The notes below the pieces were generated by a model, which saw only the letters and a program-made list of their open reading frames with translations, made no database searches and was not told where the DNA came from. Shown here one piece after another: positions 1 through 8,065 of a stretch of DNA of 60,870 nt. Numbering within the stretch: the stretch's first letter is position 1; the number at the start of each line of letters is the position of its first letter. A program made the translations under genes and the position numbers. Origin of the DNA: a virus. Its lineage: Duplodnaviria > Caudoviricetes. The DNA is taken from positions 1 to 60,870 of the IMG/VR virus record IMGVR_UViG_3300037484_000304; one strand, 5' to 3'.

Positions 1-113
1 GTAACGCTCTTGGCGCCGGCCCGTTCCAGCACAACCGTCAGGGCGCGCTCTTTAGGTATCCGCCCTTTGGGATTGCCCGACTGGCCTGGTTGCCATGTTC
101 CTGGTTTTCCCAT
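1..113 (-). CDS. Small terminase-like protein, N-terminal part (runs off left edge; continues at 60540-60870)
   Basis: ATG at 113 reads MGKPGTWQPGQSGNPKGRIPKERALTVVLERAGAKSV. The GQSGNPxGR motif is typical of DUF5681/small-terminase-like proteins. The frame joins the ORF entering at 60870. Confidence 0.7.
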   Translation of the reverse strand, partial: MGKPGTWQPGQSGNPKGRIPKERALTVVLERAGAKSV

Positions 114-239
114 CTGATCTTATCCTGCAGAACAGGACGCCTCCCCCCGGGCAACGGAAAAGCCACCCGCGGGTGGCTTGCACAGCATACAGCATCCATT
201 TTCAGTATACCATGAGTTGTCAAATATGACAGTAGGCTA

Positions 240-279
240 ATAGACAGGCGACGCAGAGGTTTCTGCGTCGCCTGTCTAT
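240..279. terminator. Perfect 18-bp hairpin (terminator or 3' protective stem)
   Basis: ATAGACAGGCGACGCAGA (240-257), 4-nt loop, TCTGCGTCGCCTGTCTAT (262-279). No clear U-tract. Confidence 0.7.
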
Positions 280-280
280 C

Positions 281-375
281 TGTCCATACCTCGCCATACC
301 GCGCCAGGCCATACCAGGCCTCACCTGGCCGTATCGCACCGGACCGGACCCGACCTTACCCGACCCTACCAAACC
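281..375 (-). repeat. Phased 5-nt repeat (GGY-NN)x19
   Basis: Minus strand: GGTTT GGTAG GGTCG GGTAA GGTCG GGTCC GGTCC GGTGC GATAC GGCCA GGTGA GGCCT GGTAT GGCCT GGCGC GGTAT GGCGA GGTAT GGACA. 17 of 19 begin with GGY. Confidence 0.95.
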
Positions 376-385
376 TTACAGAACA

Positions 386-414
386 AGTATAGCATACCTA
401 GCGTATGATTGCAA
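386..414 (-). promoter_or_regulatory. Sigma-70 promoter for the pentamer RNA
   Basis: TTGCAA-17 nt-TATACT on - strand; predicted start about 379-380, directly at the array. Confidence 0.75.
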
Positions 415-448
415 GTGTGCATATACATAGCATAATGTTATGCATAAG

Positions 449-1012
449 TCAAGTGGCAACAGCGCATACTGTTCGCTGTAAATAACGACGGCAAGATGGG
501 CACATACCGTCCAGCAACTCTATAAAAGAGTGGCCAGGACGGGCACCGCATTCTTTGCATGACTGTTGACCATCATCTTCTGGATCTTCCACCGTGCAAT
601 CAGGCGCCTCAACAGAATAGTCCCAGATGATTAAAACCATGGTAACTAAACTACGCCGTAGTCGCCTGTAAACCGTCCTCTCCACGCAGTCGAGCTGTTG
701 AGCAATCGTCCTTCGTTCCCACGATCGCAGGAAGGCCAGCTCGATAATCTGCTGATCCCGAGGCGACAGCCTGGTAAGTGCGGACAGCACTTCGAGGCGT
801 GACACCTCGTGGTCTGTTGGCTGAAAGCCGCCGAGTGCGTCGGGCTCCCTGGCCATGATCCTGTCCGGCGGCTCACCACCCAGCTCCTTGAGTAAGCGCC
901 GCACCCTGGTCAACGGCGGTGCCAGTTCTTTGGCCCCCGGCTGCCGGTAATACTGCTGCTCCTGCAGGCTGCCGATAGGGCCGGGGCGACTCACCCAGGG
1001 CTCAGTCGTCAT
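449..1012 (-). CDS. Sigma-70 region-4-type HTH regulator with C-terminal Cys motif
   Basis: ALTRLSPRDQQIIEL...IAQQLDCVERTVYRRLRRS; two CxxC pairs at the C-terminus; lies upstream of the terminase genes like late-gene activators. Confidence 0.75.
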   Translation of the reverse strand: MTTEPWVSRPGPIGSLQEQQYYRQPGAKELAPPLTRVRRLLKELGGEPPDRIMAREPDALGGFQPTDHEVSRLEVLSALTRLSPRDQQIIELAFLRSWERRTIAQQLDCVERTVYRRLRRSLVTMVLIIWDYSVEAPDCTVEDPEDDGQQSCKECGARPGHSFIELLDGMCPSCRRYLQRTVCAVAT

Positions 1013-1265
1013 CGGAGGTCAACTGCAACTGTGGCAGCCAGCGTCGTGGCCAATGACTAGCCAACCAGTCGGCCCAGCGCCTCGCAATGGGCACGCGGTC
1101 CAAATCTTCGGCCAGTTGGGCTCGTTGCAAATCCTCCCCCCAAGCAATGAATGCTGCTAAGACTGGCTGCATAGCCGAAATGAACCCCTGGCGAAACGTC
1201 TCGCACTGCTCGCCCAGCCGCACCATCGACGCCGCGAGGGCGGCGCCATCAATGTCTCTACCCAT
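1002..1265 (-). CDS. Hypothetical protein
   Basis: GGAGG RBS; overlaps the start of the next gene. Confidence 0.6.
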   Translation of the reverse strand: MGRDIDGAALAASMVRLGEQCETFRQGFISAMQPVLAAFIAWGEDLQRAQLAEDLDRVPIARRWADWLASHWPRRWLPQLQLTSDDD

Positions 1266-1392
1266 CTACACCACCTCCTACATTCCCAGCCACCGCTGCC
1301 GGTAGCGTGCTGCCCTGCGTTCTCTGCCGAGCAGCCTGTCCACCAGCCAATTATACACCCGTTGCATAGCTCTCTCCTGCTTCTCACCACTC

Positions 1393-1421
1393 ATTATAGC
1401 CCTTCGACGGCAGACTGTCTA
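1393..1421 (-). promoter_or_regulatory. Sigma-70 promoter (leftward)
   Basis: TAGACA-17-TATAAT on - strand. Confidence 0.65.
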
Positions 1422-1433
1422 GCCTACCGGGGC

Positions 1434-1462
1434 TTGACAAGGCTTGTAGTATGTGTTACTAT
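1434..1462 (+). promoter_or_regulatory. Sigma-70 promoter (rightward, divergent)
   Basis: TTGACA-17-TACTAT ahead of the HTH gene at 1490. Confidence 0.7.
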
Positions 1463-1489
1463 TAGAGAGACATTACAGGAGGATAGATA

Positions 1490-1690
1490 ATGGCAAAGGC
1501 AAAGGCGGCACAACCGCCCGAGTGGGCAGTTAGGCTTGCGGTTTGGCGAGACAGCCAGGGCTTGACGCAGGAGACGCTAGCGGCCCGTGTAGGCTGCAAC
1601 CGGGTCACCGTGGCCCGTTGGGAGTTGGGCAGCAAGACGATATCCCGCCTGGCTCGCCGTGCTCTGGCTAGCCTGGGCTTCACCGCTTAA
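1490..1690 (+). CDS. XRE-family HTH regulator
   Basis: GLTQETLAARVGCNRVTVARWELG; AGGAGG RBS. Confidence 0.85.
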   Translation: MAKAKAAQPPEWAVRLAVWRDSQGLTQETLAARVGCNRVTVARWELGSKTISRLARRALASLGFTA

Positions 1691-1729
1691 CGAGTTTTGA
1701 AAACTCATCGAAAACTGGCCTCTAAGCTA

Positions 1730-1758
1730 TTGACAATCGTTGTAGCTTATGCTATAAT
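1730..1758 (+). promoter_or_regulatory. Perfect-consensus sigma-70 promoter
   Basis: TTGACA-17-TATAAT with TG extension. Confidence 0.85.
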
Positions 1759-2004
1759 GATAATTGAGGGAAGGAACACAAAGCCCGACCAGGAACCTTA
1801 ACAACGCCAACACCCAGACCGGCAAAGACGCCAGCCGCAAGGCAAAGTCTAGGAGGGCAACATGAAGAGGCTGCCAGTGGCCAGAAGGCCAGCGAGTGCT
1901 CCGGCGGGACGCGGGAGGACTGGCAGCAGAAACCACGGATAAGGCGACGCGAGCTAGGTCGCCGCCAGAGCGAGGAGCCTGGCCTAAGTGGAGAGGGAGA
2001 AATA

Positions 2005-2211
2005 ATGACAACCGGCATTGCGAACGATGTTTACCTGTGCCTGGATCAGAGCGACCTCGCCACGCTCATAGCTGCACTAGAGTACCATCGCAACGAGATG
2101 CGGAGTGCGCTAGACCGCCACGCCTACAAGCCTGCTATGGCCAATCGCCTAGCGGAGCTCATAGCTGCAGACGCATCTCTGCTCATATCCTTACACGCAC
2201 AGTCACGTTAG
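2005..2211 (+). CDS. Small hypothetical protein (putative early gene)
   Basis: GAGGGAG RBS; first ORF of the + strand cassette. Confidence 0.65.
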   Translation: MTTGIANDVYLCLDQSDLATLIAALEYHRNEMRSALDRHAYKPAMANRLAELIAADASLLISLHAQSR

Positions 2212-2354
2212 GCAAGCCCCTGGCAGCCAGAGCGTAGCCGCCTCACCGGTGGCGCCAGGGGGCCAAGCCGCCAGGCCAGCGAGACCCGGTGTTGGACCTG
2301 GCGACTCAACGCATAAGGTAGGCCCCACCTCACGGGGCAGAAAGCGAGAACGAG

Positions 2355-2540
2355 ATGACAAGCAAGGAAGCCGCCACGGTAGCCAAGGGCGATGTTGTGA
2401 TGTTCAAGGGCCAGGTGTACATGGTCCACAGCATCAAAACGACTGGCATGGCTGCCCCGTATTTCCGGCTGAGCGATGGCCTGACGAGCTATAGCCTGTG
2501 CAGCCTAGCTCCCGACATGATTGACCCACGACATCGCTAG
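2355..2540 (+). CDS. Small hypothetical protein
   Basis: Compact beta-rich ORF (KGDVVMFKG) within the + cassette. Confidence 0.6.
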   Translation: MTSKEAATVAKGDVVMFKGQVYMVHSIKTTGMAAPYFRLSDGLTSYSLCSLAPDMIDPRHR

Positions 2541-2634
2541 CACCTTGACCCCTGCGGCCTGGCTGCTCACGGGAGCTCGCCAGGCCAGAGCGGCCAAGAA
2601 GGCACGCTAAGGAAACGAGAAGGAGAACACGAGA

Positions 2635-2865
2635 ATGACACAGAAGCGCCGCCCTCGTGCAGGCGTGTTCAAGCGTGACCCGGAAATCGACTGGCACCTA
2701 CACGGCAGATACGCCGCCATCAGCAAAGCGGGATGGGCAGAAGCGTTCTGGGATCTGTACCGTCAGACAATCAACGATGCAGGCACCGACGAGGAGATCA
2801 TGGCCGACGCTGAACGCCGGACGGTGATCCTGGAAACGTACCGTAAGGGCGAGCGGCCAGCATAG
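2635..2865 (+). CDS. Small hypothetical protein
   Basis: AAGGAG RBS. Confidence 0.65.
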   Translation: MTQKRRPRAGVFKRDPEIDWHLHGRYAAISKAGWAEAFWDLYRQTINDAGTDEEIMADAERRTVILETYRKGERPA

Positions 2866-2907
2866 CTCAAGCAACCAAGCCGCCAAAGAAAACGAAGGAG
2901 AAACACG

Positions 2908-3132
2908 ATGCAGACCAAAACCATCGCCACCACTTTCGACCCGGCGAGTCTGCCCACCTGGGCGCAGGCCCATCCGGAGGTCGTCCAGTTGTGCAGCGAC
3001 GACCTGGCGTACCGTTGCGACGTATGCGCCACGGTGAACAAGGGCAACCAGTCGGAGCTGGTGCGCACTGCCAAGCGGCGAGCCGCCGAATACGCAGCCT
3101 ACCTAGCCGGCATAACCGACCCGCGGGACTGA
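2908..3132 (+). CDS. Small hypothetical protein
   Basis: AAGGAG RBS. Confidence 0.65.
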   Translation: MQTKTIATTFDPASLPTWAQAHPEVVQLCSDDLAYRCDVCATVNKGNQSELVRTAKRRAAEYAAYLAGITDPRD

Positions 3133-3133
3133 C

Positions 3134-3418
3134 ATGCGATACGCAGTCAGACTCGGGGACTTGATGCAGGACAATATGCTAAGCGTGCTCATCGGGCCAG
3201 TAGCAACACGGGAGACCATCGACATTGACAAGCGCGCCGTCGATGGCATTATCGTCGTACTGAGCTGCGACGAGGAGCGAGTGCACGCAATCCAGGAGAT
3301 GTGCCAACTGCTGCAGAAGCGCAAGCGGATCAACCTTGTGCCACGTTTTTACCAGCAAGGCAAGACCGGCGGAGCATGGCGCCCGCTAACCGAGAAAGGA
3401 GCAACATGCCAAAAGTAG
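3134..3418 (+). CDS. Hypothetical protein
   Basis: Tightly coupled to flanking ORFs. Confidence 0.6.
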   Translation: MRYAVRLGDLMQDNMLSVLIGPVATRETIDIDKRAVDGIIVVLSCDEERVHAIQEMCQLLQKRKRINLVPRFYQQGKTGGAWRPLTEKGATCQK

Positions 3419-3621
3419 CGGACCCGATAAGCGCCGACGAAATCAAGGCCCTCCGTGCCTCGTTGGGTTTGACCCACGAGGCGTTCGCCCGGCGCCTGGG
3501 AGTGTCGCTCCCGACCGTGCAGCATTGGGCCAGCGGCTGGCGCAAGCCGGGCCACTTCGCCAGCCAGGTGCTGCGCCAGATGCAGGCCGCCGTCGCCAAT
3601 GAAGACAAGGGCCGGGCTTAG
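3406..3621 (+). CDS. XRE-family HTH regulator
   Basis: Start reassigned to ATG 3406 (AAGGAG RBS); EIKALRASLGLTHEAFARRLGVSLPTVQHWASG. Confidence 0.85.
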   Translation: MPKVADPISADEIKALRASLGLTHEAFARRLGVSLPTVQHWASGWRKPGHFASQVLRQMQAAVANEDKGRA

Positions 3622-3632
3622 TGCCCGGCCCT
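3608..3632. terminator. Hairpin between convergent genes
   Basis: AGGGCCGGGC-5 nt-GCCCGGCCCT. Confidence 0.65.
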
Positions 3633-3693
3633 CTTGTTGCGTGCCCTGCGCTAGAATACCTCTCAGCCACACGTACAGCCTCACCAGGCCGCC

Positions 3694-4617
3694 TCAACCC
3701 CTGCCAGCTGCCCGTAAAGCCTTCCTCTGCGTTGCGTCCCCTCCTCTCAACCACGACGCCAGCCTTGCCCGTGCCGGGCACCGCCGCAACTTGTACAGCG
3801 CATCCGTCTCCACCTGCCGAATCCTCTCCCTCGTCACCCTCAACTCCCGGGCCAGCACGTCGAGCGTCGCCCCCCGATCCTCCCCCAGCCCGAACCTTCG
3901 CTGCACCACATATCGCTCCCGCTCCGTCAGCTCTGCGCAGTCCAGCAACTCCTCGATGGCCCCGCACAGCCAGTCCTCCTCTGCTTCGGCCTCCACGTCC
4001 TGCTCGTCAACCAGCCTCTCTGAAAGCAGCACGTTCTCGCCGTCCGCGCTGTCCCACACGATACTGCTCAGGCTCAGTGGCACCTGACACCCCGGGCCCT
4101 GTAGCGCCTCGATTGTTCCCACTCCACCGTCCACCAGTTCGGCGACGATGGCGGGCTCAGCGTCCTCCACCCCCAGCCGCCGTGCCTTACCAAGTAGCGT
4201 GTACACGTATGCCGGCATGCGGATCGTGCGCCCTTGGTCCTCCGTGCCCCGCTGAATATACTGCCGTATCCACCAGACAGCGTACGTCGAGAACCGGTAG
4301 CCCAGCTCAGGCCGAAACTGCTGTACGGCATGCCACAGCCCCAGGTTGCCAATCTGCACCAGGTCCTCCAGGTCCACCCCTCGCCTCTGGTAGCGCACCG
4401 CTAGCGACACGACCAGCCGCCAGTTGTGCAGCACGAGCTGCTCACCCGCGTCGCTGTCCCCGGCCTGATACGCTTCCCCTAGCGCCCGCTCTTGCTCGGC
4501 TGTCAGCAGCTCTGGGCAGCGAGCCGTCATGTCGGCCAGATACCAGCCTACGAAGTCTTCTGCGTCGCTTATGCGAGTCGGGCCGTCTGCACGGCGTGTC
4601 AACGTAGGCGTCATCAT
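3694..4617 (-). CDS. RNA polymerase sigma-70 factor (RpoD/RpoS-like, regions 1.2-4)
   Basis: LLTAEQE, HNWRLVVSLA, DLVQIGNLGL, FSTYAVWWIRQ, RTIRMP, VTRERIRQVE. Confidence 0.95.
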   Translation of the reverse strand: MMTPTLTRRADGPTRISDAEDFVGWYLADMTARCPELLTAEQERALGEAYQAGDSDAGEQLVLHNWRLVVSLAVRYQRRGVDLEDLVQIGNLGLWHAVQQFRPELGYRFSTYAVWWIRQYIQRGTEDQGRTIRMPAYVYTLLGKARRLGVEDAEPAIVAELVDGGVGTIEALQGPGCQVPLSLSSIVWDSADGENVLLSERLVDEQDVEAEAEEDWLCGAIEELLDCAELTERERYVVQRRFGLGEDRGATLDVLARELRVTRERIRQVETDALYKLRRCPARARLASWLRGGDATQRKALRAAGRG

Positions 4618-4825
4618 GGCCGCCTCGCCAACGCTCGCCAGATCAGCCGCACCAGGTCGGCTGCATCATAGTCGGGGCGCACCGTGATCTCGCCCCCGCA
4701 CGCCGGGCAGGGCCTGGTGCCGCACGACACACGGATCGTCGCTTGGCAGTTTTCCCAAGGACAAATTTCAGTCTGCACCACTTTGCGTTGCTCATCCTCC
4801 TTATCGTATATTCTCTTCTATTGCC

Positions 4826-4854
4826 TTGACATTTACCAGGGACATATATATACT
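4826..4854 (+). promoter_or_regulatory. Sigma-70 promoter, probably leaderless transcript
   Basis: TTGACA-17-TATACT; ATG at 4861 sits at the expected start site. Confidence 0.7.
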
Positions 4855-4860
4855 ACCATT

Positions 4861-5544
4861 ATGAAAAAGAAAGAGCCTATCGCAAGAGAGTGCGACCAAT
4901 GCCATAAGGTTGTAATAAGGCAGTCATGGCAGTGGCAAGGAAAGCACCATTTTTGCTCTCGTGAGTGCTACTATATATGGCAACGAGCACATTACCCACG
5001 AGGTAAGGAAAGCCCGCTTTGGAAAGGAGGATCCTTAAATGGATATGGATATAATTGGCGTAGACAAAGGCAAAGAGCCAGAGCCAGAGCCAGGGATAAG
5101 TGCCAGTTATGTGGCGCTTCTCCAAGCACATTTAATCAACCCCTCCACGTACATCACATAAAACCATTCAGGTTATGTACTTCGCCTGGAATTGCGAACA
5201 AACTCTCCAACCTTATCGCACTGTGCCAAACATGCCACGCACACGTTGAATCCAGCCTCCCTGATGTTCCTGTTCAACTACGTCTTGATATTCCACTAGA
5301 GCAAGCTCCTATGCGCCCTTGTAGGAAATGTCAAGAGTTGTTTCCTGCACCTACTAAGACTAATAGGTATTGTCCAAAATGTAAGACAGTTCTTTGTAAG
5401 ACCTGTGGATCTAGTTTCATAGGTCGGCAACATGGATCCAACCGAACTGATCAATTTTGCTCATCCGCTTGTCTGGAATATGCACAAAAGCATTGGATGT
5501 CATTCTTTCACACACGGGCCTCTAGCCCAAAGAAACAACGATAA
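4861..5544 (+). CDS. HNH endonuclease with zinc-finger repeats
   Basis: RDKCQLCG...LHVHHIKP...NLIALCQTCH; FCSxxC motifs; AT-rich and opposite in orientation to its neighbours. Confidence 0.85.
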   Translation: MKKKEPIARECDQCHKVVIRQSWQWQGKHHFCSRECYYIWQRAHYPRGKESPLWKGGSLNGYGYNWRRQRQRARARARDKCQLCGASPSTFNQPLHVHHIKPFRLCTSPGIANKLSNLIALCQTCHAHVESSLPDVPVQLRLDIPLEQAPMRPCRKCQELFPAPTKTNRYCPKCKTVLCKTCGSSFIGRQHGSNRTDQFCSSACLEYAQKHWMSFFHTRASSPKKQR

Positions 5545-5872
5545 TGCTACTATGTTAACAGTATGGGCATATTTCCTGCTGGATTGTCACCATTGCGCCT
5601 CCACTATCGCTTTTCCCGTTCTGGCTTGCTCACCACACCACAGTCTCCACGCAAGCCGGTTCATACCAGCATATTTGCAAGCCCTGGCTTCGCTGATTAT
5701 CCGTTGACGTTCAGCCAGCGCCACCAGCAGGCACTCCACTGCTGCCAGCAATACATGACGATCCCATACGGCCTGGCTATTTGGTGCCGTACCGAATCCA
5801 TCAGGAAACGCATCTGTGTCACGCTCCCTAATGTCTGCTATACTTTCCGCTGTCAGCGACCACTCACGCACC

Positions 5873-6070
5873 CTACTTCCCCTCCCCCAACTCCTTCTGC
5901 AGTTTCCGCAGGCACAGCATACACATCTGCTCTGTGTCCGGTGGCACACTTCGCACCTCGCCCCATCTCGAGCTGCTGAAGCCGCACAGCGCGTGACCCG
6001 GAGCGTCGAACTGCAAGGCGTGCCACCGCACCCCCCAATGAGCCTGCCCGTACCGCTGCTGAATTGTCAC
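5873..6070 (-). CDS. Small Cys/His protein
   Basis: RWH...ALCG...CMLC zinc-finger-like pattern; GGAGG RBS. Confidence 0.55.
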   Translation of the reverse strand: MTIQQRYGQAHWGVRWHALQFDAPGHALCGFSSSRWGEVRSVPPDTEQMCMLCLRKLQKELGEGK

Positions 6071-6085
6071 CTCTTCGCCTCCTCC

Positions 6086-6472
6086 CTAAACCTCGCTCGC
6101 TGGTACAACAACCAGGTCCACCACGCCCAGGTAGGCCCATCGAAACCACTTTTCCTTGATTGCGAAGACGGCTGTCTTCATGCCTTTGACATCCTCCGCC
6201 ACATGTCGCCCTGTTGCCGTCTCGACATAAGCAAAATCGGCCACATAGGTAACGGGTTGCCATCTCCTGCCTTGCTGGTCAACGAAGCCATCCTGAAGCG
6301 TGTACCGTGGTTGAAGACGTAAACCCGTAATCTCTCCTGCTGCCTGCCTGATTTTCAGATTGCCGTACTCCCGTGCCTCCACCTGGCTAGCGAACCGTTG
6401 GCCGTCTACGGTAACACGACGCGCATTGTACTTGCTGCGTGTCTCCATCAGTTCGCCTTTTGGCTGGGCCAT
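6086..6472 (-). CDS. DUF1064-family PD-(D/E)XK-like nuclease
   Basis: SKYNARRVTVDG.RFAS..EA, LQPRY, YVADF, EDVKG. Confidence 0.85.
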   Translation of the reverse strand: MAQPKGELMETRSKYNARRVTVDGQRFASQVEAREYGNLKIRQAAGEITGLRLQPRYTLQDGFVDQQGRRWQPVTYVADFAYVETATGRHVAEDVKGMKTAVFAIKEKWFRWAYLGVVDLVVVPASEV

Positions 6473-6904
6473 ACCCGTGCCTGCACGTCAACAATATCAG
6501 CGTCAATGAGGTTAGCAAAACACAATCCGCTCCGCAAGTCCTCCCTCGCCAGTGCCTTTGCCTCGTCCAGGCTATTGGCTTCCACCGTCATCTCGACGAC
6601 CAGGTGTACCATATACGTCCTCATCACCCTTGCCCCTCCTGCTCTAGTTCCTTTCCTGCCTGCTCGAACGCTTTATCGAAGAGCCCTTGCGGCACCTCCC
6701 AGGCTGTGGAGCTGTCCGTCCACGTCAGCGGGTCAAACCTGGCAGCGATGTACCGTTCGCAGTACTCACGCTGCCCCATCAGCGCATCGGCCGCCGCTGC
6801 CCTTAGCCGTGGATTAGCTCGCCACACATCCCGTGCGGCCTTGTACCTCGCCACCATCTCCCGGAAGGCTGGGTGTTCGGTGGCTTCTTGCTGTACCTGG
6901 TTGC

Positions 6905-7213
6905 TCACTTTGGGACCTCCTGTGGTGGTAGTGGCACCTCTTCCCAGGCGCCGTGCCACATTGCGCCGAACCATTCGTGTGCCCACTCCCCCCACCGCTT
7001 GCGCCAGGTGCGTGGCTTAAACCGCGTCACATACCAGCAAGCGACAATTAGGTGTGCCCTTGTCACACTCGGATAACTCCGCTGTATATCTGTCTGCGTG
7101 CTGAGACCTCCCCACCACATCCAGGCGATCTGTTCTGCGGGCAGCCGGGTCCCGCCGATGACGGGCTCGCCGCCGCGCATGCCGGGCGAGATGTGGATAT
7201 AAGGCTCAGTCAT
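6905..7213 (-). CDS. DUF433-domain protein
   Basis: Start reassigned to 7213; IHISPGMRGGEPVIGGTRLP. Confidence 0.75.
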   Translation of the reverse strand: MTEPYIHISPGMRGGEPVIGGTRLPAEQIAWMWWGGLSTQTDIQRSYPSVTRAHLIVACWYVTRFKPRTWRKRWGEWAHEWFGAMWHGAWEEVPLPPQEVPK

Positions 7214-7691
7214 GCTGCACCTCCACCGGTAGTTCTGCCAGCGGCCACCACGCCGGTGCCACACGATCGTTACAGCCGCTATGGCTGTCATGGGCAATGC
7301 TATCAAGGATGCACTGCTGCAGCCGCCACTTCGCTGCATAGAGGACGCCTGCCTTAGCAAAGGCTGGTGGCATCTGGCGAATACTCCACCAGAGGGCACC
7401 CCGCAAAAGCGTCCACGGCTCCTGGTCGTGGTCATGGACAAAACCTGACCGGGCGCCATCGAACAGCCGCGGTGCACTCATCACAGGCCAGTAGTCGATT
7501 ACCAGTCCGCGATAGCGCAGCAGCAGCCACCCCGAACCGAGCCGCAGATCGGTCTGGCACCAGACAGTCGCACCCTCACCGGTGTTGCCGTGAACATCCC
7601 ACGCGACCCGCTTGTTGTCGCACAGGACTGCTGGATATCCCTCAGCCCGGTGGTATAGCGGCTCCGGGCCCTCTTTGGTCAAGTAGATCAT
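7206..7691 (-). CDS. Hypothetical protein
   Basis: Overlapping start/stop with both neighbours. Confidence 0.55.
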   Translation of the reverse strand: MIYLTKEGPEPLYHRAEGYPAVLCDNKRVAWDVHGNTGEGATVWCQTDLRLGSGWLLLRYRGLVIDYWPVMSAPRLFDGARSGFVHDHDQEPWTLLRGALWWSIRQMPPAFAKAGVLYAAKWRLQQCILDSIAHDSHSGCNDRVAPAWWPLAELPVEVQHD

Positions 7692-8065
7692 GGCTGCGCC
7701 TCCACCGGTGGCTGCAAGGCAGCTAGAGCATCGTCTAGCCTACGTCTTGTGGCCACCTGCCGCCTGAGTATATCCCGTGTTCCTTCAACATCTCGCTTGC
7801 CCTCGATGACGGCGTGCGTCAGTCTTTCTACCTGACTCTGCCTGAAGGCAAGCGCCGCCTCTGCCACTGCTCGCAACTGCTCTAACTCTAACCGCATAAG
7901 GACTAACCTGGCTCCTGCTTTGGCCGCCTGCGCCTCGCTGGCCGCAAGCTGCTGTCTGAGGTCCGTAATCATATGCCGTTTGTAGTCCTGATGCTCTATG
8001 TTCAAGCATGTTCCTGCTGGCTCGTGGAATCCTCGGCCACAAATCTGACAATTACCACCACTCAT
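7688..8065 (-). CDS. Hypothetical coiled-coil protein
   Basis: ATGA coupling in the - strand operon. Confidence 0.6.
   Translation of the reverse strand: MSGGNCQICGRGFHEPAGTCLNIEHQDYKRHMITDLRQQLAASEAQAAKAGARLVLMRLELEQLRAVAEAALAFRQSQVERLTHAVIEGKRDVEGTRDILRRQVATRRRLDDALAALQPPVEAQP

Larger units (their letters stand above)
240..380 (-). ncRNA. Candidate GGY-NN pentamer-repeat RNA with 3' stem
   Basis: Sigma-70 promoter at 386-414 (-), 19 in-register pentamers at 281-375, then a perfect 18-bp stem at 240-279. No credible ORF. Confidence 0.7.

Noticed and set aside
38-223. 61-aa ORF in the supplied track
   Set aside because: Another frame starting at ATG 113 carries the recognisable small-terminase motif.
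204-223. TTGACA and TATACT hexamers upstream of the small terminase
   Set aside because: The spacing is only 8 nt, so they do not form a standard sigma-70 promoter.
281-375. Pentamer array as a CRISPR array or simple microsatellite
   Set aside because: It has no long repeats with spacers and no cas genes. Variation is confined to two positions per unit with perfect phase, unlike slippage repeats.
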